Shown in pieces: positions 52,581-64,000 of a stretch of DNA of 64,000 bases. Origin of the DNA: Lama glama (Eukaryota); the NCBI GenBank assembly GCA_028534125.1, contig CM052818.1, forward strand, positions 49,230,001 to 49,294,000, written 5' to 3'. Made by a program: the position numbers and the translations under genes. The notes under the pieces were generated by a model that was not told where the DNA came from, did not search any database, and saw nothing but the letters and a program-made list of their open reading frames with translations. Position 1 is the stretch's first letter, and every line of letters starts with the position of its first letter.

Positions 52581-55500
52581 CCTCGCCTGAAAACAGCGTT
52601 AGTCGGGCTTTGCTAGCTTGTATTTCTTAAATTCTTTATCATGAATGTAAAATATAGCTAATTTAAATGAAGAAAATAGGTATATTTAAGAGGATAGTGA
52701 TAAAGACCAGATATTACAAAATATTCATAGAAGACATCTTAAAATTCTGAGGCACTAGACAAGTGAAATTTGTATTATTGTAATCAATCAGCATTTAGAA
52801 TTGCCTCCACCCACTCAAAAATATATTTTCTTTTATTCACGTGTGCGCACACCAGTTAGTTTTTTCACAGAATTTTTGAAACTTGAATGTTCATCGAGGT
52901 GTCTATTTTTTGGAAAGGAGCGTCCCAGGGCGAGGCAGGGCTGACTTCATCTCAGTCAGCCAACTCTTTGACTTAACCATTTTGTTTTGTTTGTTTTCTT
53001 TTTACTTAAAAAAAGTAACTTTTGATATAATTTTATCTTAGAAAAAGGATTGTTTTTATTTGGAAAATAATTTTATCTCAGCATTTTCTCACCTAAATAC
53101 GGGACCACTCGACGTTGACAGTGTTCCAATCCACTTTCACATGAATATACAGCTCTCCTCGCCTTCATTTGAATTTCTCAGTAAAATTGTATTTTCTGCT
53201 TTGATTCTATTTCATACACAAAGTTTATTTCAAAGCTGTGCCAGGAGAGCAAAGCGACCCCATTTGGCTTCAGTTTTCAGGCCAAGAAAATCTGCTGCCT
53301 GTCGGTCACTTCTGCTCGGGAGAGTTCATTGATAATCAACAACTTCATTTTCTTCTTCCTTTCTAAATACCGCGAGGTGCTCAGCCTTTATTCTGTGTTG
53401 CGCACCCTGAGCACGGGGACCCTGGGTGCAGACACACACCAGATCCGGAGAGCAGTACTGGCAGAACCAAGGGTGGTCCTGGGGGAGGGAACCCCGGGAA
53501 TCTGACTGTCAGTCTTGGAGCAGGACTTTAATTCACAAAGTCACTCTCTTACTCATTTAATTTTACAGTTAGTTGTACAGTCATTCAGCAGCCACTGGCA
53601 ATGCAGCAGCGCAGAGCCTCTGAGCGCTGCAGAATGTTCCTACACTGTCAGTGCATTCGATCAGGAATGATCCCAAACAATGACAAGAGAAGGGTTCCAA
53701 GTGGGAGAAAGGCCACAGCGGGAGGAATGAACCCAAGGAGGCCACCCCGTTCTGCATGAGTGCATCAGCGGCTCTGATTTAGTAAGAGTCTGTGGCCCCT
53801 TGTCTTTATGGCGTGATATATGTATTTTCCAGGTTTATATTTCAGATTGAAATCAGTGTCGTCGGGGTATCGGCCAGTGCTGGGCATCTGTGGCAGCCAA
53901 GCTACGAACACTGTTTTGACCCAGCAAAAAAAATAAAACGTGTTGTTCAGTGTTCCACACTGGGGGAGAAGTCTCTGAGAATAAGAGTGAGTTTTATTGT
54001 ATACTGTTTTTTTTATTTTTTTTCTTTGCACTGCAGTCCACACCAGATTCCTCATCTTTCCCTCACCATTCTCACTCCCCATCCAGAAAATGGGAATAAC
54101 AAATAAATTTGGCTGGAACTGACTGTCTTCTTTTCCATGACCATCAACAGCTGCTTTCAAAGGATCCCAGTATCTGCGTTTGCATCTTCCTCCGAACACG
54201 CTTTCTCTTACAGAAATCTGCAGTACAAAATTCTTATCTCGGAAAAGGTTTTCTGTCCCTGAGAAGGATTTCCGAGGACTAAGGACTCGGTCACATCAGT
54301 TAGAAACGGTCTCATTCTGGGCGTGCATGAGACCAGCTCTGTTCTGCGGCTGCTCCCGACTCTTCAAATTAGTTACTGACAAACTGTAGCATTTTGGTCA
54401 TTTCTACTTTTATCTTGAATCCTGTTTATTTAATCCTAAAATCTCTCCAGACTAATGGACACTTTTTTTTAAGTAATCCCTATTATGTGTCCATTGCATC
54501 AAAATTTCCATTAAGGCAGCCACATGCTCCTAAGTCTATGGATAAGAATTTCTGAATGTTATCTGTCCATGAAAAGTCCTTTTGGACACTAAATTATGAC
54601 AGTTTTCAGAAAGAAGAAAAAACATGCTATTCTGTGAGCGCAGGTGTATTCACAGACACCAGAAAATTGAAATCCAATTCAGAAGGAAATATTGGAAACA
54701 ATTTGAGCCTGGATTCAATCTGGCTGGGGCTGAAATAGCACAAGAAATGACTTTGAAGATGATTCTGCCATTTTTTCAGTTCATTCGATGTGACTGGAGC
54801 CATCAATATGGAATGGACTGGAAAACTCACATTAAATCCCTGCTTATGTCATTTCCGACCAGACCAGAGGCTGAAAGCTACTTCCAGTGATTCTATTTAA
54901 ATAAAATGTTACACAGTGAAGTTTAAAACTTAACTAGAAGGCGAAATAGAAAATGTGCTTTCCTTATAAAAATACAATTGCAAAAAACTCACACGCGTAG
55001 TTACTTTCAAATAATAAATAGGAATCCTTAGTTCTAGCACAGCATATGCCTTACACATTCTCTTATACTGTTACAATCTCTATTTGGATTATATAAAATA
55101 TATGTTTTATGCCAGTAAGTTCATTCCTAAAAAGATATTGAGTATTGATTTTTTTGTTGTTTTGAGTATTGATTTCTCATGAAACAGAATTGTGTTATGC
55201 ACGCATAATATGAGAATTGAGTAAAAGAAATCTTCCTTTTATAAAAGGACGAATCCTTCTGACATATAAATAATCAGAACTATATTTAGTTTGCATTTCC
55301 ATGAGGCCATTAAAGGGTCCGTGAGATTGGCTAGTGTTCCCTGATGTGAGTTCCCAGGGTCAGCTGGGTGCACCGGGACTCCCCGCACTGCGTGTAGCTC
55401 CTGTGAGCCTTCACTTTTCTTGGGGACCAGGAAGAGCAAAGGACAGTCACTGTCAAGGTCAGAGTTCTCCGTGCCTCCTGCTCACTCCTGACCTTCCCAC

Positions 55501-56224
55501 TCGGGTTTCAGTTTTCCTGGGCCAGCCTGGTGTACCTCTGCGGTCCAGTTCTTTTATTCTCGGAAGTGTCCTAGTTGTGATAAGAAATTACATGTGCCAA
55601 GAAATTCTCATGCCTGACTCCCTCTGACTCACCGGGCTCTGGACTCCCCCGCTCAACTTTCATCAGCACCATCGCAGCTTCCCTCCTCCTGCCCGGCCGA
55701 CCCTGGTGTGAAATAACGTCTTCTGGTTACAAGAACATTCACTGAACTGAAATAAAAATACGACCAGATTTTGTATCTTTCTCCACTCATTACATACAAA
55801 CAGAATGCTGTCATCAAAAGTGGACAGAAACTAGTGACACCCACTAGCAGTTTTTCTGGTGTTTTGATTTGAATTTCTTTATCGTTTTATTCTGTTTTGC
55901 TTTAGCTTTACGCAAATTACCTTCTACCTTTCTGATGCCTCAAATTCTTCTTGCCGAAATGCCCCGTTCATGAAACAGAATCGTTTTACTCCATGAGCCT
56001 AGGATGGGTAGTCTAGAAGAGACTAAATACGTGCAAAAATTAGCTGTCATCTTAAAAAGTCATGGATAAAATGGATCTTGGTAAAAGGCAGGAGGCATAA
56101 AGGGTGAGGAGGGTAACTCACAGGTGTGACACAGCCACAGGACTCAGACGACGGGAAGACCTCGGGTCCGGGGCCCTGGTGGGAGGGCACTCGTGAACGA
56201 AGTAACCTCCGTGTGTGTTGGTTT

Positions 56225-57056
56225 AATTTTTGAATTTTTTTAGTTTATTGAAGTACAGTTGAGTTATAATGTTTCAGGTGCACAGCAGAACGATGCATAT
56301 ATATATCCTTTTTCAGTCTTTCTCCTGATGGGTTATTGCAAGATATTGAATATAGGTCCCTGGGCTCCACAGCAGGGGCTTGCTGGTCACCTGTTTAATA
56401 TACAGCAGTGTGTCGGTGTTAATCCCAAACTCCTGACTCACCCCTTCCTCCCTCCTCCCCTTTGGTAACCATAAGTTTGTTTTCTACGTCGCATTGTCTA
56501 TTTGTGTCTTGTAAATATGTTCGCTCATATCATTTTTTTCAGTTTCCACATACAGGTGACATTACATACTTGTCTTTCTCACTTGGTATGAAAATCACCA
56601 GGTCCATCCGTGTTGCTGTAAGTGGCATTATTTCGTTCTTTTTTATGGCTGAGGAATATTCTTTACCCTTTATCTGCTGATGGACATTCAGGTGCTTCCG
56701 TGCCTTGGCTGCAGTAAACAGTGCTGCTGTGAACGCCGGGGTGCCTGCACATTTTCAGACTAGAGTTTTCTCTGGATATGTGCCCAGGAGTGGGGTTACT
56801 GGATCATATGGTGCCTCTATTTTAGTTTTTTAAGGAAGCTTCATACTGTCCTGCATAGTGACGGCATCAACTTACATCCCCACCAACAGTGCAGGAGGGC
56901 TCCCTTTTCTCCACACCCTCTCCAGCATTTATTGTTTTTGAGACATTTTGATAATGGCCACTCTGACAGGTGTGAGCTGACACCTCACTGTAATTTTGAT
57001 TTGTGTTTCTCTAATGATCAGTGGTGTTAAGTGAAATTTTCATGTACCTGTTGATC
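56225..57056 (-). mobile_element. 5'-truncated L1 (ORF2 C-terminus plus 3' UTR)
   Basis: tttattgaagtacagttgagtt...; ggatatgtgcccaggagtgggg; ttacatccccaccaacagtgcaggagg; candidate TSD tgttggttt at 56216-56224 and 57057-57065. Confidence 0.9.
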
Positions 57057-59703
57057 TGTTGGTTTGAAAACAGACTTTCTCAACCAACACTGGCGATGCT
57101 GGCGTTTTGGGTCCCAGTGTAGGCTGTGTATTTATCTCTGGTAATCTTTATCTGATTGGATAAAATGTGCTACTTTGGTCCCATCTAAAATACCCCCACA
57201 AGGTAATAATCTGGCTGCTCCTTACTCATTTCCTAGGAAGGGCATCTTACTCCATCCTGCAGAAGGCGCTGACTTTGAGTACTTGTGGTATTTGAACGAC
57301 CCTTCCTGCTCTGTAATGATGTGGACGTCACCTGATGGCACAGGTTCTCAGCTCCCCTCGCCCATTCTGGCTTCTGTAGAGCTGAATGATTTCACCCCAA
57401 CTGGCCTTTTCTGAACTGCAGTCCAGTCAGGATGATAAATATTCTTAGTGTCTTCCTACTCCCTACACGGCCAAGCCCTTACCTCATCTTCAGCTTCTGA
57501 GATAGCACCTGTTCCACAGCTCCGTCGTTTACTATGTCTCCTTTTCATTTTCTCACGATCTCACCAGGGCTGTGGGCTTCCTCGTTCCCAGGTGAGTGCT
57601 GTGCACAGTCCAGTCTGGCCTGGGGGCCATGGTCCTTGGAGCCCCATGTCAAGAAAGCTGGAATTAACTGGGCTAGGGTAGAGTACAGCTTCTGGTATTT
57701 TTAAAGTTCCTCATGCGATGTGAATAGTCTGCAATGACTGCTGTCCATTGCCTCACGTTGGCAACACAGGACCATCTTTTCTAGCCCAAACCATAGACAT
57801 TGGTGTCCCATTTAATTATTGTCTTCTAAGCTAACATCCCCAGCATTTTCTTAAATATCCTTCACCAGTAATTTAAATTTGTGATGGCGAAAATCTGACA
57901 CATGGTACCATGCATATTCTAATCATCTCTGCCGAGAACAAAGAACTCACACTCTCAAGCCTTCTGCCTTCCTGGGTGCCAACACCTTGGATGGAGGGGT
58001 TACATGTCAATTAATATAAAAAGAACGTTACTGCACGAGCTCTTGCCGAAGAACCCGAACCCAGAAGAGTCTCATCATAATTATCAGCAACAGAGTCTGG
58101 CTGTTGCTCATATTGAAACTAAATACAACTTAAAACTAGAGTCTTAAAAACTAGAATTGGTAAAAGTGCTTTTTGCAGTTTTAAATTAGTATTTTTTTAA
58201 CCTTTCTGTGTTAAGCCAGTGGCAATAAAAATAACATTGGTTTAATCCCTTTCGCTCCTAGTTAAAGACTTAGAATGTATGCTTGACAGCCTACATTTTC
58301 CCCTTCAGTCATTTTGTGAACCTGTGATACAAACCAAGTTTACCCTAATTAGTATGTAAACTTTATGGGATCTGGGATCTGCAAAACCCATCGTCAGCTT
58401 TAAACTTGGTAGTTTCCTTTGGAATCCGAGATGCGTGGAAAGGCTTGCAACCGAAAGCCTGGCATTAGGCTGTCCCTGCAGAAACAAAGGCAAACATTTT
58501 CCCGGGTTTATTTTAAGACGTGTGCTATCAGGGGCTTCACTGGGAAGGATGCATCTGGGAAGGTGTTGGACCTGGAGATGACATTGCACTCTTGGGGCAG
58601 GATTGCAGCTTTAAATATTATCTTTGAAAATTGACCTTGTTGGAATGAGCCTTGTAGGGACCCAGCCTGCTCCCAGCATTGGACTGGGGAGCTTTCCCTT
58701 AGAAACAGGTTCCAGGGTTCACCTGCCTTTCGAGCAGAGGAGGGGTCCTCACGGGGGGAGTAGGGGGCCCAAGGGTGGGTGTACCTTGGAGTTCAGGGCA
58801 GCATGAGCGTTTCTGAGGCTGAGTCTACAGATGGTGGAACAGCTGGCTTCAGAGACATCGGAGTCAAGGCTGGAGGAACAGGGTCCAGCAGCAGCGACAG
58901 AAGGACAAACGACCAAGATGCCCAGCATCACAGCTTCCAGGCCTCTCCTGAGTGTCCATCCCTCCAGGGCACGATTCCGTAGAGAAGGAAGGATGAAGCT
59001 TCACTAATGATTGAAACTGACCGAAAGCTGAGACTCCATTTGTCTGGATTGAAAAAGAACTAAAGTCACCGTGGTATTTCTTGCCTCCCTCCCTCCTCCC
59101 CTCCCACACACAAGCCAAGGGTGAATGAGGCTGAGCTCTCTCCCGTGAAACACTCCGGAGGCGGCCCCAACAGCACAGGGCCCCGGTGTGTTCTGCTCTG
59201 TACGTGAAGGCTGGCTTCATCCCCGTGTCAGAACTAGCGATCGGATTTTGTGTTTATTCTGCCAATGTTTATGCCTACCCTTCAGGGTTATTGAAGCCTT
59301 TCTAGCTTTCGCTGGATGTTTTCTATTACTAACCAGTATTCTTTCAACGTACGTTTTATTAAAGCCTTCATTCTAATCTTTGGTGTGTTATTAATGTGTA
59401 CGGTAGATGCATAAATGCTTGCCTGTTTATCCTGGACAAAGGGGCATTCTTCCACTTTGATATCCAACCTTTCGTTAATAGCTTTCTATCTTTTTGCAGA
59501 TAGTTACGAAGCCAACAAATTGTGCTAACATTCAGGCACAGTTTAATGTTTTACACCAATATTTTATGGCACATTTTGGCAAGCAAAATGCTAAAATAAA
59601 TCCTGATGTACTTTTGTCTGTGACATTTCCCCGAATCTGTTACTACTCTAGACACGTTTCCGAAAACAGGTGAGGCTTCTGACGACAGCACTTTTTCTCC
59701 CAA

Positions 59704-60243
59704 TGTGCGGTCAGCAAAATAACGCCCCCGGAGACATGTGCACCCCAGTCCTGGGAAACTGAGTGAGTTTTGCTAGGTGGCAAAGAGGACGTAAGTTTGC
59801 AGATGGAATTAAGTTGCTAATCAGCTGACCTGAAACTGAGGCGGGTATCCTGAATTAGTCAGGTGGATCCAATGAAACCAAAAGATCTTTAAAAGTCAAA
59901 AAGGAAAAAGAGGATTGAGACCGAGAGGAAGATGTGACTGTGGGAGAGGAGGTCAGAGTAATCTGACCCGAGAAAGGCCTGATCCATCCCTCCTGGCTTT
60001 GGAGACGCAAGGGGCTATGAGGCGAGAAACGCAGACAGCCCCTAGAAGCTGGAAAAGGCAGTGGAAAGGGTAAGGATTCTTTCCTGGCACTTCCAAAGAG
60101 GAACACATTCCTGCCGACCTCTTGGTTCTAGCCCAGTGAGACCCATTTTGGACATGTGACCTTCAGGACTGTGAGGAAATGAACACGTGTTGTTCACCCC
60201 AGTCCTTCCTGGTGATCACAGCAGCGATAGAAGCCCAGCACAG
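59704..60243 (+). mobile_element. MLT1D/E-like MaLR solo LTR
   Basis: tttgcagatggaattaagttgctaatcagctgacc; ctagaagctggaaaaggca; gcccagtgagacccattttggac; acagcagcgatagaa end. Confidence 0.9.
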
Positions 60244-63200
60244 AAGGCAGCGTCTTCCCTGAGGTGACAGCCATAAAACCCAGCTTCTGTTTTCACACGT
60301 AGACAGGTGCATACATGCTGCACTTTGTAGACAGTCGTTAGTCCATTTTCCTTTTATTCGATAATATTTAAACACAAACTGTAGATATAAATCTGGTGAG
60401 TAGGGCTGGCCGAGTGTGTGCGTGCCAGATGGAGATGGAGATACTGTCCGTGACTTGTGCTTCTCTCAGTGATGCCCAGAGAGCCCTGAGGCTCCTCAGG
60501 GTTTTGTTTTGCTTAGATAAGTGGATTTGTTAAAATGTTTCAAGTGGAGACTTAATCCTCTGATTCCTGGGAGATAAAGATTCCGCATGCACTATGGACG
60601 CACAGGGAAAAGGAGGAATGCCTCCCCTGTCCTTCCGTCAGATCACCAGTGCATCAGAGCCGGGGGTGGGCTGGGCTGGCCACAGGCTTGCACGAGCGGT
60701 AAGGCTCTTTAGTGAGAATAAAAAGAGCTCTGACAAGGTAATGGGATTCGCGTGGAAGGAGTGCTCCCAGTGATATTACGTCTGCTGCTGCCTGTTTGGG
60801 ACCTAAAAGATACGCCCGTTTACCCTTTCAGGGCTTAAGTCAGAACACCGTAGCCCCTTCCAGCTCCTCCATCATCTTTCAAGTCCACGTAACTTTTCAA
60901 AGACAACCCAAAGTCATTCAAAAGCCTCACATCCAAGTTCTCTCTGCATTAATCAAGGGCACAACTAGTCTTGGTCAAAGTTTTGTGTCTTTGGTTTTGT
61001 TGCACTATTTTCTGTTTGGTACTTGTGGATGTTGGTTCTCTTGGTTGGAAATGATTAAAAACTTAACCCCTACTGGTCTCAGAGCGCCCATCCAAAGGAT
61101 GCTGACTTTGTCGGAAAGGTACTGACATTCACAGAACTGAAGAAATGACAGCTTTCAAGAGTGAAAGGGCTAGAATTGGGAATTCAGCGACAAGTAGAAC
61201 TAATTCTCAGTTGTACTGCCTTCTGTTCTCTCAGGGTAGATGAGTTTTACTTTCATGATCACCAAGCCAGTTTTTTGACTGAATAGACAATAGAGAATCA
61301 TCCTTTCAGTTTCCGAAAAATAAATCAGGGGAAGGAAAATATTTGGCTCAGGTTGGATCATAACGCATAATGTTAATAAATATGAAATTCAGTGACTGAA
61401 TCTTTCTGATTTATCTGCCTACCTCTGAGTTGGAATGGGTACAGTGTATTTTCAAAAGGGAGAGACAAAAGATGCTACATAGATTTTTTTTTTTTTAATT
61501 ATCACAGACTCGGACTCCTTTAGAGCAGCTAAGTTCTCTTTCAGAATCACCTCGTCTGTCTGGAGTGTCAACTCTATAACAGGAAATTTTCTTTACAGTT
61601 TTTCTCCTGAAGATCATTTCTCTTGTCAGGGAAGATGACAGCAAAACCAGAACTGAGTAGCTCCTCTCTCATTTCAAGCCTCCTTCCCAGCCTACAATCT
61701 CCTGCCTTCATTGTCTTCTCTGAAAATCAGTCGTTTATCACTTTCTTGAAATTTTATAAATTCTCTCTTTGAGATTTAGATTTCTGGAAGCAGTTATTTT
61801 AAGTATGCTCTGTATTTTTATTTTCATCTTTGGTCATGAGCTTTCATTTTTTTCACTTCATTTTAAAATCCAAGAGCTTGTTTCTTTCTGTGGTCACACT
61901 GGTCAGTCCTGGATTTGTGACTGAGAGCCCCCTGATTGTCTAGGCATGTCTTATATAAGTAATAAATAACACATAGATCATATAAATAATAAATGAATGG
62001 CTCTTGGCCTGTCATATTTATAACGAAGAAATCTAGCAGTCGCTGGCTAGGGTATGAAGAGGTCTCAGAAACGTGTTCTGCATCCGTGCCTTCTGCCTGC
62101 TCCCTTCCTCGTGTTCAGAATCAGTGTAAACCTGCTGGTGGCCGCCTCGCTCTCCAGGTTCAGTGAAAAGTCATCAGAAACACAACTCGAGAAACACCAG
62201 AGCGTCTGTTCTTGCTTCTGTTTTGTGTCTGGAAGCTGAACGAGCCCCTGGCTGGTGGCTTCCTCCGCTCTTGGTGCCACACTTGGCCCCTCTGCCAGGC
62301 CAGTGGTCTTAGAGGGAAGCGTCTCCTGCTTTCTCGTTTTACTCTCCATTCCAGTCTTTCCCCAAGAGCTCTCCGAACGGACGAACTCCGCGTCTGTGCC
62401 TTTTCACGTAGACGTGAAGGTTTCACTATATATTGCTGTTTTATCTCCCCTGCAAAGTAGCTCCCTCCCCTGGAACAGAGATAACATGACCTGTGCACAT
62501 GAGGGGCAGGTCGGCAGGTGGTTAAAAACGGGCCGGCTGCCCTGGCAGAGTCTCCAGAGGCGACACCAGCATGATGAGGTCTTCTCATCCACGTCTCTGG
62601 CCGGCAGAGCCTCGGCGTCACTCCCAACCTGGAATCTGAGGGCCGGGTCACCCCACCAGACTCACAAGGCCCTGACATATAAACTGGAATCTCCCTTATA
62701 CGTATTTTGGTAACACACATGATTGTCCAGCAGTTAGCTGTGTTTGCATCTCAGTAAGTTTTCTCCAGAGAACAGCAAGTAGCACATCACACTGGCGCCC
62801 TGCGTGAGAACCAGATGCAAGAGGAAGCCTGGCGGAGGGGAGAAAGGCCGCTGAGCCGTCGTCGCTGATGCCCTCGGTGATGGGGTCTCGGCCGTCTTGG
62901 ATAAACCCTCCCCAGACCAAGGGCCTGCCCTTCTGTTTTCAAGCTCACCGTCTCTCTCTCTCAGCCTTGCTGTCCTGCGGGGAGATGACGCCTCACTCTG
63001 TGGCTCCTGCCCTGGAACCGAGGACCACGTCCTTTTCCTGTGGCCTCCTTCCCTGGGTGTCGGCTTTCCTGCTTCAGTCTCAGAGTCTCACAGCGGCTGC
63101 CACTGCCCACACTCCTCTTCTGAGGTTTCCTTCACAAGTCCTCCCTCACCACAAACGCCCACAAGCTCCGTGACCAGCGTGACTCCGGCCACCCCGCACT

Positions 63201-64000
63201 GTGTGTCCTCGGGCGTCTGACAGCGGATCCAAGGCCATCCCGCTCCCCCACTTCCAGTCCAACGGCCAGACTCATGACACTTCAAAGGCTCTAAGACGCT
63301 CCCCAGACTTTAACAATCCTCCAGAATCATGCACAATCATTTACGTTTAAGGGATTTCTATTTCCTGACTAAATTTCTGGTTCTTCACGATGAACAAGTG
63401 TTGCTTGTTTGTCTCTGTGCACCGACAACGTATAGGATATAATAGGTGCCTGGAAAGAGCATTTTCTAAATACTTTTTAAAATTCTACTTTTTAAAATTC
63501 CCCAGGAAGAAAATAGATTATTTCTTATTCACTGAAATGAATTAAAGTCGGTCCAGTTTTTTTTTTTTTAATTTTAAATTCTAGGATCTTAGGAGAACGG
63601 TGGTACCACTGAGAATGGCAGACATTACAAAGTGGCAGCAGGTGTGTGTGGTAGCGGAGCAGGGAGGCGGGCTTGGGCAAAGGGTGATGAATGGCCTCAT
63701 GGCACAGAGGAAATAAATGCATGATGGGGAAGTACCATAGGATGCAAAAGGGAAAACTGCAAGGTGTGAATGCTAGGATACAATTTATAGTACACTTGGC
63801 TGTGAAAAACATTATATTTTCTAGTCACTAACTCTGAATCAGACTCATATAAAATAAAAATTAAAAAAAAAACAAATCTACCTTTATTTCCCTTCTAAAT
63901 AATCCTGAACTCATGCCCTCTAGAACCACTGATTTCTTTGTATTCAATAAGCCGGAGCTTCTGAGAATCAATTCTATAATCTTTACCAAATTTAATTTAT

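Noticed and set aside
51480..52616. ORFs of 154-247 aa at the third island
   Set aside because: GC-rich artefacts; one runs through a MER58 element.
62054..63285. Cluster of 60-186 aa ORFs
   Set aside because: They overlap on both strands in moderately GC-rich DNA with no domain or convincing exon structure.

Overview
Mammalian, non-coding, repeat-rich genomic DNA, most likely from a camelid (camel/alpaca/llama). That call rests on a tRNA-derived SINE and L1 3' ends I recall as camelid-type; it is not database-checked. I found no credible protein-coding gene, rRNA/tRNA gene or CRISPR array. The long ORFs in the track come from GC-rich islands, the N gap or decayed L1 ORF2. Much of the window is old L1 (about 1-6 kb, 8.9-13.6 kb, 32.5-39.2 kb), with LTRs (MER21-, MER41-, MLT2- and MLT1-like), MER20/MER58 DNA transposons, MIR/L2 remnants and younger 5'-truncated L1s. 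A 500-N gap lies at 28731-29230. The most interesting observations: (1) three CpG islands with no coding exon nearby, one with a tandem-expanded array of NRF1-like motifs beside a GC-shifted MLT2 remnant; (2) local AT-to-GC shifts in old repeats, visible between paralogous copies in the window and suggesting GC-biased gene conversion; (3) a young L1 with a 5' inversion and an apparent 3' transduction inside one 17-bp TSD; (4) a solo MER41-like LTR with a 4-bp TSD and a STAT GAS site. I see no evidence for a new multi-gene system. Repeat subfamily names are from memory and need RepeatMasker/Dfam confirmation.
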